A stretch of DNA of 64,000 nucleotides from an uncultured Luteolibacter sp. (GTDB taxonomy: Bacteria > Verrucomicrobiota > Verrucomicrobiia > Verrucomicrobiales > Akkermansiaceae). The stretch spans positions 22,931-86,930 of the forward strand of contig CAZKQK010000003.1 of the NCBI GenBank assembly GCA_964554865.1, written 5' to 3'. Below, piece by piece: positions 46,396-57,210 of this stretch. Made by a program: the position numbers and the translations under genes. The notes beneath the pieces are model-generated. The model searched no databases. It was not told the DNA's origin and saw only the letters and a program-made list of their open reading frames with translations. Each line of letters opens with the position of its first letter. The first letter of the stretch is position 1.

Positions 46396-48279
46396 CTATT
46401 TCATGTCCGCCAGGAATCCGGCGAGGGCCTCGCGGACCTGGGGGCTGGCAAGGTTGCCGAGGTGGCCGCCTTCGGGGAAGACGCGGATTCGCGACGGGCC
46501 GAAGGTTTTGCGGAGCCATGAGAGATCGCCGGGAGCGAGCAGGAAGTCGTTGCCGTTGGTGATGACCATGGTGTCTTTCCTCGCGCGCAGGGCGGTGGCG
46601 GAGGTTCTGAGGGTGGCGAATTTCCTGAATTCCGCCTGACTGACTCCTTGTGCCTGGAAATGGGGAAGCGCCAGGCGGTTCACGTAATCGCGGTAGGAGA
46701 AACGCATGATCTCGCCGTAGGCGCCCTTGCGGTTCCACTTCGAGCCCGGCTGGGTCAACACGCCGGGCGAATGGCGGGATTGGCTGCTGAAAATGACGTC
46801 GCGCAGGGTGTAACGGAAAGTGAGGCCGATGAGATATCTGGACTCGACGGCATCGAACGGCGGCGCGCTGAGACCGGATGGCGGGAGGGCGGCGAGCCCG
46901 CCCACCTTGTGGACGGCGTTGTTCACCCGTTGCTGGCGTTGCCCGGAAGGCCATGCGAGCGGGGCGTCGTGGAAGTCATCGAGGCGGGAAATCCCGTAAT
47001 GGAGATCGACCGGGGTGTTGATGGCGACGTGGCGGTCGAAGCGGATCAGTCCGGCCGGGTGTTTCGATTCGGCGGCAGCGAGGAAGAGCGTTTGGTATCC
47101 GCCCATCGAGAGTCCGACGAGGGCGCGACTGGTGAAGCGGCCAGGGTGGCGGCGCTCGAGCAGGCGGTTGATCCCGGTGAGGGCGACGAGCAGGTCCCGG
47201 CCGTCCGTGGGCGGATGGGCGGGGAGGGCGGCGGTGGAGGCGCGCTCCATGAACTCGGGATGGAAGACGCTGGTGGTGGTGACGACCGAGAAACCGCCCT
47301 GATAGAGAGACTCGGCGACCGAGAGGGTGGACATCGAGAGCCGGTGGGAGCCAAGGCCGGGATTCACAAACACCAGCGGAGCCTTGTGTCTTTGGATCCA
47401 GCAGTTGAAGGGAAGGGTTCGGCCGGTGGATGGGATCCTTACTCCGAGAGAAAGCCCCTTGCGGGGGAACTCCGGATCATCGAGGCGGATGGTGGCGACG
47501 GCCAGGGTCTGGAGAGTGGATGGATCCCGCGGGCCGCGGACCGTCCAGTCCGGCGGGTCGAGGCGGGACATGTAGCTCCACGCGAGTCTTGAGGTCGAAT
47601 AGGGATCGGCCTCCGAGCGGATCATCCGGACGAGGTCGCCGCTGGATTCCGTTAGCCGGTTGAAAGTGGTCCCGTAGGATAGCCGGCGGGTGAACGGGGT
47701 GTAGTTCCAGACTTCGGTGGCCTCGTCGATGACGGTGCCGAGGGCGTTGGTTTCGTCGCTCGGTCCGAAAACCGGAAGCATCACGTAGTTTTCCGGTTTC
47801 CATCCCCAGGTTTGGAAGGTTTGGCCGAAATCGGCGCGGGGTTTCGGGATTTCCCAGCGGGTGGCGACGTCGAAAAGTCCCGCGACGCCGGCGGTGGTGT
47901 TGGTGAGGAAGCGTGTGGATTCGTCTCCGGCGTCCTTCCAGCGTCCCTGCAGGGCCTCGTTGACCACGCGGCCGGGAAACATGATGTTGTATGAGAAATT
48001 GCCGATGGATGTGCGGACAGGTCTCGGGACGATGGTTTGATAGATCCGCGCGGCCGGGTCCACCACGCCTTCGAGAAGGCCGCGGTTGAAGGCGAAGACC
48101 CCGCGGTTGAGGCGCTCGGCGGGATCGTTGAGGAATTCCGGCTCGATGGCGGGTGATGAAACCGCCGCCCGGGTGGATGGCGGAGGCGGAGGGGCGGCGC
48201 AGGAGCCGAGCAGCACGGCGGCGAGAACGGCGGAGCCCCGGCCTGTGTGACGGGCGGATGGAAACCGGGAGGAACTCAT
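46396..48279 (-). CDS. mlaA: MlaA/VacJ lipoprotein fused to an alpha/beta-hydrolase
   Basis: Lipobox LLGSC; DPAERLNR.VFAFN, RFLTNTT.G..GLFDVA, DFGQT, LP.FGPS; C-terminal GLSMGG, ND and GGH triad; ATG 48279 is the likely start rather than 49431. Confidence 0.85.
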   Translation of the reverse strand: MSSSRFPSARHTGRGSAVLAAVLLGSCAAPPPPPSTRAAVSSPAIEPEFLNDPAERLNRGVFAFNRGLLEGVVDPAARIYQTIVPRPVRTSIGNFSYNIMFPGRVVNEALQGRWKDAGDESTRFLTNTTAGVAGLFDVATRWEIPKPRADFGQTFQTWGWKPENYVMLPVFGPSDETNALGTVIDEATEVWNYTPFTRRLSYGTTFNRLTESSGDLVRMIRSEADPYSTSRLAWSYMSRLDPPDWTVRGPRDPSTLQTLAVATIRLDDPEFPRKGLSLGVRIPSTGRTLPFNCWIQRHKAPLVFVNPGLGSHRLSMSTLSVAESLYQGGFSVVTTTSVFHPEFMERASTAALPAHPPTDGRDLLVALTGINRLLERRHPGRFTSRALVGLSMGGYQTLFLAAAESKHPAGLIRFDRHVAINTPVDLHYGISRLDDFHDAPLAWPSGQRQQRVNNAVHKVGGLAALPPSGLSAPPFDAVESRYLIGLTFRYTLRDVIFSSQSRHSPGVLTQPGSKWNRKGAYGEIMRFSYRDYVNRLALPHFQAQGVSQAEFRKFATLRTSATALRARKDTMVITNGNDFLLAPGDLSWLRKTFGPSRIRVFPEGGHLGNLASPQVREALAGFLADMK

Positions 48280-48504
48280 GGGCGGGCGGGCAGCGGGCCG
48301 GAAAATAGCCGGGCATTGGCGCACCGCAATGCCTATTTCCCCCGCGTTTTCGTTTCGAGGATGGGAATGCGGCGGGGTTTGACGGTCGATGAGGATATGG
48401 ATGCGGTGCCCGGCGGAGAGTCCGGGATGAAAGCCGGAGTGCCGAAGTGGCGTAGAATGGCTGTGAATTCGGATGGGGAACGGCGAAACCGGGTGGCGGC
48501 GCGC

Positions 48505-49359
48505 ATGCGCTGCCCGATCGCCGTGGTTGTCCTGTCCCTTGGCTCTCTCGCGATGGCGCAGGTGCCTTACCGGACGGCGGCTGGTGAGATGTTGTTGGTG
48601 GAGTCCGCCGCCGCGGCGAGGGTGGCGGAGAAGGTGAGGGCGGGTGCGCCGGGGGTGCTGGTGGAGGTTTTCGTGAAGCCCGGGGAAACGGTGCGCAAGG
48701 GGCAGGTGCTGGGGCACATGGAACTGGAATCGACGAAACTGCAACTGGATCTGGCCGAGCACGCGTTGAATGGTTTGGCGAATGTGGAGGCGGCGCAGGC
48801 CCAGGCGGAGGCGTGGACGGTGACACGCGAGGAAACCGAGGAGGCGGTGAGGAAACGCAGGGTGGACAGGACGCGGCTCGATTGGGCGCTGGCGATGGAG
48901 AAGGTGCACCGTGCGAACCATCAGGCGCAACTGGATGCGGAGAAGACGCAGTTGATCCAATACGAGTATTGGAAGGACCAGTATGAGAAACGGTTTTTCC
49001 GTGCTCCGGTGGATGGCGTGGTGACCGAGGTGATGTGCGAGGTGGCGCAACCGCTGGGAGTGGCGGCGCATGTTTTCACGGTAAGCAACGAGAGCGTTTA
49101 CAGCATTCCGGTGGTGGTTCCCGCGCCATTGGCCGGGGCGGCGCTGCCGAGCGCCACGCTGCCGGTAAGGGCGGCGGATGGGAAATCGGTGGCGAAAGGC
49201 CAGGTGGATACGGTGACCGATGATCCGCGCGGTGCGGGCCACAAGATCATCCGGCTGTTGGTGAAGGCCGCGGATTTCCCGGCGGCGATCCGGCCGAAGC
49301 TGATCGGAATGAAGTTCGATGTGCTGATGCCTGAGTTGGCGGATGGATCGACGGAGTAA
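48505..49359 (+). CDS. HlyD/RND-type periplasmic adaptor (membrane fusion) protein
   Basis: Signal peptide; G.L.EV.VKPGE.V.KGQVL lipoyl half, coiled coil, RAPVDGVV. Confidence 0.8.
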   Translation: MRCPIAVVVLSLGSLAMAQVPYRTAAGEMLLVESAAAARVAEKVRAGAPGVLVEVFVKPGETVRKGQVLGHMELESTKLQLDLAEHALNGLANVEAAQAQAEAWTVTREETEEAVRKRRVDRTRLDWALAMEKVHRANHQAQLDAEKTQLIQYEYWKDQYEKRFFRAPVDGVVTEVMCEVAQPLGVAAHVFTVSNESVYSIPVVVPAPLAGAALPSATLPVRAADGKSVAKGQVDTVTDDPRGAGHKIIRLLVKAADFPAAIRPKLIGMKFDVLMPELADGSTE

Positions 49360-49411
49360 TGACAACAAGTGTTGTGCCGCGGATACCTTGGTGCATTTCG
49401 TGTGACATGTT

Positions 49412-49431
49412 GTGAAATCCGCGGATTTCAC
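49412..49431. repeat. Perfect 20-bp palindrome between convergent genes
   Basis: GTGAAATCCG|CGGATTTCAC. Confidence 0.85.
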
Positions 49432-49558
49432 GGAAACAATCGGGGCCTTGATTCGTTATGTCAGTGTCCGGTGTCCGGGTGGGATTTCCGGGCGGCCACC
49501 GCTCCGCGTCTTCCGAATGATGGGGCTCGGAGCGACGGCGGCCCACTTCCCGCGCGGG

Positions 49559-50830
49559 TCATGCCCGGTTTGTTGCGAGCCATGTGGCTGCGGCGGATCC
49601 GGCGTGTGTTCCGGTGGCGAGGCAACCTTGGATGAGGTAGCCGCCGGTGGGAGCTTCCCAATCGATCATTTCGCCGGCGGTAAAACAGCCGGGCAGGCGG
49701 CGGAGCATGAGCGAGGGGTCGAGTTCGCGCCAGGCGACCCCGCCGGCCGATGAGATGGCTTCGTCGATCGGGCGCGGGCGGGTGAGCGGGATGACGCATT
49801 GTTTCACCTCGCGGGCGAGTGAAAGGGCATCGCCGTGTAAATTTGGGTTTGCGCGAAATGCTCCGGGTTTCACCTCGCGGGCGAGTGAAAGGGCATCGTG
49901 CCAGGTGGCGCGGGAGAGGATGGCGATGGCGGACTCCGGAAGTTTCCAACGTTGTGCGGCGGCTTCCGCGAATCCGCCGCGGACGGATTCCATTTTCGCA
50001 ACGAGTTGACCGACGGTGAAGGTGGGCTTGAGGTCGATGGTGATGGCGGGATGTGTCATCCCGCGCAGGGCGTGGCCGAGTTGATAGATGACGCCGCCCT
50101 CGAGGCCGTGGCGGGTGATCATGAGTTCGCCGGCGGCGTGGCGGCCGTTGGCGGAGGCGGTGATGTTTTTCAGCGGTTTGCCTTCGCCAAGGGCGAGGGT
50201 TTCCGCAGGCCACGGGCATTCCCAGCCGCAGTTGGCGGGGACGAGCGGGGAACATTCGATGTGCAGCCGGCGAAAGATGTCCGTCCATGTGGCGTCGGAG
50301 CCGGTTTGTGGCCATGATGCGCCGCCGGTGGCGAGGATGACGGCGTCCGCGGCGCATGATGCTCCATTGGCGAAATCGAGACGGAGCGGATTTCCCGGAG
50401 TGATGCCGGTTAGGCGGTGGTTGGTGAGGAAGCGGACGCCGAGTTGGCGCAGTGAGGCGATCCAGCGGCGCAGAAGCGGCGCGGCTTTCATGGCGGCGGG
50501 ATAGACGCGGCCGGTGCGGGCCTGGAAGGTATCCACACCGAGGTCCGATGCCCAGGCGCGGGCGTCGGCCGGGGTGAAACGGCCGATGGTTTCCCGCCAG
50601 AATCCGTCGGGCTGGCCGGGGCCTTCGTAGCGGGTGATGAAGGATTCGAAATCCTCGCCGTGGGTGAGGTTGAGCCCGCCTTTGCCGGCGACGAGAAACT
50701 TGCGGCCGACGGAGGGTTTTGAGTCGAACACGGTGACTCCCGCGCCAAGGCGGGCGGCGCATTCGGCGGCGCGGAGTCCGGCCGGGCCGCCACCGATGAC
50801 GGCGAGGCGGACGTGCGGCGGGGTGTTCAT
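49559..50830 (-). CDS. HI0933/BaiN-family flavoprotein (TIGR03862-like)
   Basis: IGGGPAG, GRKFLVAG.GGLN.T, GRVYP, EAISSAGGV, GEMIDWEAPTGGYL; carries an in-frame 22-codon insertion. Confidence 0.92.
   Translation of the reverse strand: MNTPPHVRLAVIGGGPAGLRAAECAARLGAGVTVFDSKPSVGRKFLVAGKGGLNLTHGEDFESFITRYEGPGQPDGFWRETIGRFTPADARAWASDLGVDTFQARTGRVYPAAMKAAPLLRRWIASLRQLGVRFLTNHRLTGITPGNPLRLDFANGASCAADAVILATGGASWPQTGSDATWTDIFRRLHIECSPLVPANCGWECPWPAETLALGEGKPLKNITASANGRHAAGELMITRHGLEGGVIYQLGHALRGMTHPAITIDLKPTFTVGQLVAKMESVRGGFAEAAAQRWKLPESAIAILSRATWHDALSLAREVKPGAFRANPNLHGDALSLAREVKQCVIPLTRPRPIDEAISSAGGVAWRELDPSLMLRRLPGCFTAGEMIDWEAPTGGYLIQGCLATGTHAGSAAATWLATNRA
49801..49898. repeat. 32-bp direct repeat flanking a unique 34-bp insert inside the flavoprotein gene
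   Basis: GTTTCACCTCGCGGGCGAGTGAAAGGGCATCG at 49801-49832 and 49867-49898; insert 49833-49866. Confidence 0.9.
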
Positions 50831-51291
50831 GGGCCGATCCGCGTGGCGAGGTCGTCCCAGAGGGCGGAGACGATGGTCTCCTGGGCGGATTCCATGGTCT
50901 TCCGGGCGTCAGGGTCCCCATCCTCGTGTCCGGCGAGGTGGAGCATGCCGTGGACGAGGTAGCGGAGGATTTCGCGGGCGAGGGGTTCGGTGTATTCGGT
51001 GGCCTGGCGTTCGGCGACCTGGGTGCCGATGACGATCTCGCCGTGGTGGAAGGTGATCACATCGGTGGGGCCCTCGATGTCCATGAAGTCGCGGTGGACG
51101 CGGTCGCTCGTCTCGTCATCGACGAGGGCGACCTCCAGTGTGGCGAGGAGGGAGAGCGGGGAGTCGCCGGTGGCGGCGTGTTCGAGGGCGAGTGCGGCGG
51201 CGCGGGGGGCCATGTCTTCGAGTGCGGTGAGCCAATGCTCGGGGATGGGGGTGGCCCGCTGGTGGTTGCCGATGATGACTTCGAGTGTCAT
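50827..51291 (-). CDS. ybeY: rRNA maturation RNase YbeY
   Basis: PTDVITF, GEIVI, HGMLHLAGHED. Confidence 0.93.
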   Translation of the reverse strand: MTLEVIIGNHQRATPIPEHWLTALEDMAPRAAALALEHAATGDSPLSLLATLEVALVDDETSDRVHRDFMDIEGPTDVITFHHGEIVIGTQVAERQATEYTEPLAREILRYLVHGMLHLAGHEDGDPDARKTMESAQETIVSALWDDLATRIGP

Positions 51292-51313
51292 GGATGGGAT
51301 TCCGTTCGGCCGG

Positions 51314-52966
51314 TCAGGCCGGTTTGGAAATGGGGATGACGCGGCCGCCTTGGGAGGTCTCCCGGTCGGACGCGGAGCGCCTTATGGAAGAGGGCCTGTC
51401 GTCATCCTTCGGGTAGTCGATGCGGCTGTGAAGCATGGAGCGCAGCGTGTTGCAGAAGCTGTCCTTGACGATGGCGAGTTCCTGGAGGGTGAGCGGGCAA
51501 TCGTCGAGCTGGCCGTCCTGGATTCTGGAGCGGACGATGTCCTCGACGAGGGTGCGGATGCGGGCGGGAGTGGGTTTGCGCAGGGTGCGGGAGGCGCTTT
51601 CGATGGAGTCGGCGAGGGCGATGATGCCGCTCTCGCGGGTGGAGGGTTTGGGGCCGGGGTAGCGGAAGTTGTTTTCGGCGATGGAGGGGAGGTCCTCGGG
51701 GTTTTCGAGTCCGCGATCGACCTTTTCGAGTTCGAGTCTCTTCTGCTCCTGGGCGCGGCGGAAGAAGTAGGCGACGAGCGAGTCCCCGTGGTGTTCCTGG
51801 ATGACGTCGATGATGCGGGGGTTGAGCTTGTGTTTCACCGCGAGGTCCACGCCGTCCTTGACGTGGGCGATGATGATGAGGGCGCTCATCGTGGGGGTGA
51901 GGTTGTCGTGCGGGTTTTCGTTTTCGTCGTGCTGGTTTTCGATGAAGTAGCCGGGTTTGGTGAGTTTTCCGACGTCGTGGAAATAGGAGCAGACGCGGCA
52001 CATCGGGGCGTTGGCTCCTATTTTCTCGGCGGCGGCTTCGGCGAGGGACGCGACGACGAGCGAGTGGTGGAATGTTCCCGGCGCCTCAAGCTGCATTTGG
52101 CGGAGCAGCTTGTGGTTGAGGTCGCTGAGTTCCAGCCAACTGATGTCCGTGGTGAGCAGGAAGATGCCCTCGAACACGGGGAGCAGACCGCTGATGAGGA
52201 GGGCGGTGAAAACGGCGGTGCCGAACGCCGCGGCTCCGCCGGTGCCGAGGAGCTGGAGGTTTTCCACCGCCTGCGGGCCGAAGCAGGAGGCGACGTCGAG
52301 CTTGCCGAGAAGCAGGCTGAGGACGAGGGTGATCGCGCCGACATAGATGCCGGATTGGAGGAGCTGGATGCGCTTGCGCACCTGATGTGCAAGCAGGACG
52401 CTGGCGACGCCGCAGACCAGGCTGAGAATCATGTATCCGAGCGCTTCGCCCTGCGGAGCGAAGAGGCAGCCGATGAGGGTGACAAAGACCGCCGAGAAGG
52501 CTCCCACCGCGCGGCCGAGCAGGACGCCATGGAGCATGGGGGCGAGGGCGAAGGGGACGAAGAAGAACCGGAAAACCTCCGGGATCACGCCGATATCCGC
52601 CAGCCCCATGGCGAGGCGGACGAGGATGAGGTGGCCCACCAGACCGCCGAGCACGAGGACCACGCGGCTGTTTCGCCGACAAGTGGTCTGGAGGCTCACA
52701 TGGAACAGCATGATGGCTGTGACGGCGATGATGAGTCCGTAAACCGAGCCTTTGAGGGGATCATTGGCGAAGGAGGTTCCTGGGGCGGCCTTGAGCACCA
52801 TGACGGCGCAGCTCACGACGAAGGTGGCGTAGAGCGCGAACTTCACCCACTGGCTGTCCTCCAGGGCCTGGATCACGGGATTTTCACTGTGAATCCGGCG
52901 TTTTTTGCCCGACGAGAGACCCTGTTGGGCCAACCGCCAGCGTTTGATAGCGTCAAGAAATCCCAC
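51314..52966 (-). CDS. 7TM-HD phosphohydrolase (PgpH/YqfF-like)
   Basis: Multiple TM helices, then APGTFHHS, YFHDVGK, HVKDG, EHHG, LADSIES. Confidence 0.9.
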   Translation of the reverse strand: MGFLDAIKRWRLAQQGLSSGKKRRIHSENPVIQALEDSQWVKFALYATFVVSCAVMVLKAAPGTSFANDPLKGSVYGLIIAVTAIMLFHVSLQTTCRRNSRVVLVLGGLVGHLILVRLAMGLADIGVIPEVFRFFFVPFALAPMLHGVLLGRAVGAFSAVFVTLIGCLFAPQGEALGYMILSLVCGVASVLLAHQVRKRIQLLQSGIYVGAITLVLSLLLGKLDVASCFGPQAVENLQLLGTGGAAAFGTAVFTALLISGLLPVFEGIFLLTTDISWLELSDLNHKLLRQMQLEAPGTFHHSLVVASLAEAAAEKIGANAPMCRVCSYFHDVGKLTKPGYFIENQHDENENPHDNLTPTMSALIIIAHVKDGVDLAVKHKLNPRIIDVIQEHHGDSLVAYFFRRAQEQKRLELEKVDRGLENPEDLPSIAENNFRYPGPKPSTRESGIIALADSIESASRTLRKPTPARIRTLVEDIVRSRIQDGQLDDCPLTLQELAIVKDSFCNTLRSMLHSRIDYPKDDDRPSSIRRSASDRETSQGGRVIPISKPA

Positions 52967-53111
52967 GGCGGTGAGTCAATCGGTTCGGCGGGACGACTCC
53001 CTTGCGGCGAGTGCGGCCCGGCAGGAAAGGTAGCGGCTGTTCCCGGGCTTGGTCAATCCGCAAATCCAGGGCGCGAACGGTCGTTTGAATCCCCGTTTCC
53101 CGGGCTCCCGC

Positions 53112-53750
53112 TTAATCCTGAAGGTATCCGCCAAGCGCCTCGCGCAGGGTGGTGCGGGCTCGGAAAAGCAGGCTTTTGACTGCGGAGACGGAGATTTTGA
53201 GGACGTCGGCGATTTCCTCGTAGGAGAGTTGCTCGTAGCGGCGGAGAACCACGGCCATGCGTTGGGTTTCGGGGAGGTTTTCGATGGCTGCATCGACGGC
53301 TTCCTGGAGTTCCGCCTGGAGCAGTTCGGCGTCCGGGCGGTGTTCCGGGCTGTCTTCGAGGAGTTGGTTGGAGTTTTCCTCGCGTTCCTCGGAGGAGACT
53401 TCCTTCTTGCGTCCGCGGCGGCGGGTTTCGTTGAAGACGAGATTGCGGGCGATGGTGAAAAGGTAGGTGGTGAACTTCGCGTCCGGCCGGTATTTCCCGG
53501 CGTTTCGCCAGATGCGGATGAAGACCTGCTGCGAGATGTCCTCGGCGTCGTGGCTGTTGCCGAGCATTTTGGCGACGGTGCCGATGACGGCGTGCTGGTG
53601 GCGCAGGACCAGTTCGCGGAACGCCAAGTGATCGCCGGCGCCGATTTTTTCCATCAGCGCGTGGTCGAGCGAACTCTCGTCAGCTTGGGCGGGCGTGAGA
53701 TTCTCGTCCATGGGCAGGAACAGGGGCGTTGTGGCGGCGGCCGAGGTCAA
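53112..53750 (-). CDS. ECF sigma-70 factor
   Basis: DAEDISQQVFIRIW, F.TYL..IARN, LPE.QR....L, SYEEIA..L..S..AVKS.L.RAR. Confidence 0.93.
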   Translation of the reverse strand: MTSAAATTPLFLPMDENLTPAQADESSLDHALMEKIGAGDHLAFRELVLRHQHAVIGTVAKMLGNSHDAEDISQQVFIRIWRNAGKYRPDAKFTTYLFTIARNLVFNETRRRGRKKEVSSEEREENSNQLLEDSPEHRPDAELLQAELQEAVDAAIENLPETQRMAVVLRRYEQLSYEEIADVLKISVSAVKSLLFRARTTLREALGGYLQD

Positions 53751-53809
53751 GATGCATCATTGAACCATGTGCCGGGGGTGAAGTTGCGGACGCGTTGGCG
53801 GTCGGTCAA

Positions 53810-54211
53810 TCAGACGCCTGCGGTGAGGGCCCATTGTTCGGTCTCGGGATCGAGATACACTTCTTCGAGCGCTTCCCGTGCCCAATCCTCGCGTTTGGCG
53901 AGTTCGCGCAGCATTCTCCAGGCGACGACCTGAACCGCGGGGAAATCGCTCCAGACGGCGGATGCCAGGCACTGCCAGCCGTGGCCGGCGAGGCGATCCG
54001 GGTGCTCGAGCATTTCGATTACCCCCTCGGAAACAAGGAGCGTGCGATCGATGTCCGGGGATTCGCCCACCGGGGGCACCTCGTAGGGCCAAAGCGAAAC
54101 GCCCGCCGCGCCGGTGATTTCACATTTGGACTTGGCCCGGCGCGCCAGATCCTTGCCGATCGCCTGGAGGGCCATCATCCGCGTCTGATGCAGCTCGTAC
54201 CCCTTTGCCAT
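53810..54211 (-). CDS. PhnA-like protein
   Basis: GKDLARRAKSKCE, W.CL...VWS..PAVQVVAWRML pattern. Confidence 0.65.
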   Translation of the reverse strand: MAKGYELHQTRMMALQAIGKDLARRAKSKCEITGAAGVSLWPYEVPPVGESPDIDRTLLVSEGVIEMLEHPDRLAGHGWQCLASAVWSDFPAVQVVAWRMLRELAKREDWAREALEEVYLDPETEQWALTAGV

Positions 54212-54358
54212 GTGGAAATCCTAGCGGATCCCGCAGCCGCTTGGAATCCCGAATTTCCAATGAAATCCGGAGAGTCGTCCGGGTTTGAGGAATTTTTCCG
54301 AAACCGCTCTTGTCGGCCGCACGGTCCGTGCCCTACCCTCGCGCAACCTTTTGCAGGC

Positions 54359-55128
54359 GTGCCGGAAATCACACAATCCATCCACATTCTAGGCGTTCTG
54401 CCATCCCGCTGGGGCTCCACCCGTTTCCCCGGCAAGCCGCTTCATCCCATTGCGGGAAAACCCCTGATCCGGCATGTTTGGGAACGCTGCCGGGAGTGCT
54501 CGAAGTTAGATGAAATCATCGTCGCCACCGATGACGGGCGCATTCTCGCGGCGGTCGAGGCATTCGGAGGCCGGGCGGTGATGACCTCTCCGGAGCATCC
54601 CACCGGCACGGACCGCATCGCGGAGGCGGTCAGGGCCGTGCCGCGAGCCACGCACATCGTCAATATCCAGGGAGACGAGCCGCTGATCGATCCCGCGCTG
54701 GTTGATGAGCTTGCCCTGGCCATTTCCGCCACCGGCGGGCCGGACATGGCCACCGCGGCCAATCCGCTTGATCCCGCGGATCCGGCGGTGGCGGATCCGA
54801 ACGTGGTCAAGGTGGTCACCGCGCTGGACGGCCGCGCCTTGTATTTCTCGCGCTCGGCGCTGCCGTTTTTCCGGAATGCCGTGGACCGCCTGCCGGTGCT
54901 CCGGCACAAGGGCATCTACGCCTACCGGCGCGCGTTTCTCGAACGCTTCGTCACTTGGCCGCCCTCGCCGCTTGAACAGGCCGAATCCCTCGAACAACTC
55001 CGCGCCCTTGAAAACGGCGCGTCCATCCAGGTCATCCTGACCGACGACACGTCTCCCGGCGTCGATACCCCCGAACAGGCCGCGGCCATCGAATGCCTCC
55101 TGTCATCCACCGCTCACCCGGCACTCTT

Positions 55129-55132
<4 letters not shown>
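54359..55132 (+). CDS. kdsB: 3-deoxy-manno-octulosonate cytidylyltransferase
   Basis: [49 protein letters not shown]; start approximate. Confidence 0.95.
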
Positions 55133-56748
<1,616 letters not shown>

Positions 56749-57210
56749 GGCCGCGTGCCGATATGGTCCGCTACGCATAGGGCGAAATGCGCAAATAAAG
56801 AAAAGGGCAGGGGCGCGGAAAGCGGACGGGCCAACTTCGATGGATGGTGTGCGTTGAGCCGGTTTTTTGCTCTTTTGTGAAAAAGAGCCGTTTCCGTGTT
56901 TTTTGCCCTTGCCCGGCAAGAGTCCTCGTGATCCACTGCTTATGCGGGATGTTCATAACTCCTTGAGTTCACGCACAAATAACGCTTTTGCGACCAAAAG
57001 CTGCCGGGCCACTCCCGAAACCGCGAATTTCCACGGCCCATCCGGAAAAGACAAAGCTGTCGCGCCGGATCGGCGCGGCTTGGCGCGTCTCTTTCAGAGG
57101 CGCTTCGCGGTGGCTGAAGGTGGGGCGTGCTCAAGTCCGCGCCACTTGTTTTCCATGGCAGTCCGGCAGTTTGCGAATCTGCCAAGAAACCTCCGGCATT
57201 ACCTGACTCC

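Noticed and set aside
46396-49431. 1011-aa ORF as a single protein
   Set aside because: The first 384 codons are the antisense shadow of the HlyD-like gene; a lipoprotein signal begins at ATG 48279
56869-56888. GCTCTTTT-GTGA-AAAAGAGC hairpin downstream of pyrG as an ncRNA or element end
   Set aside because: An 8-bp stem only, with no partner repeat found at the far side of the 57-62 kb cassette; insufficient evidence
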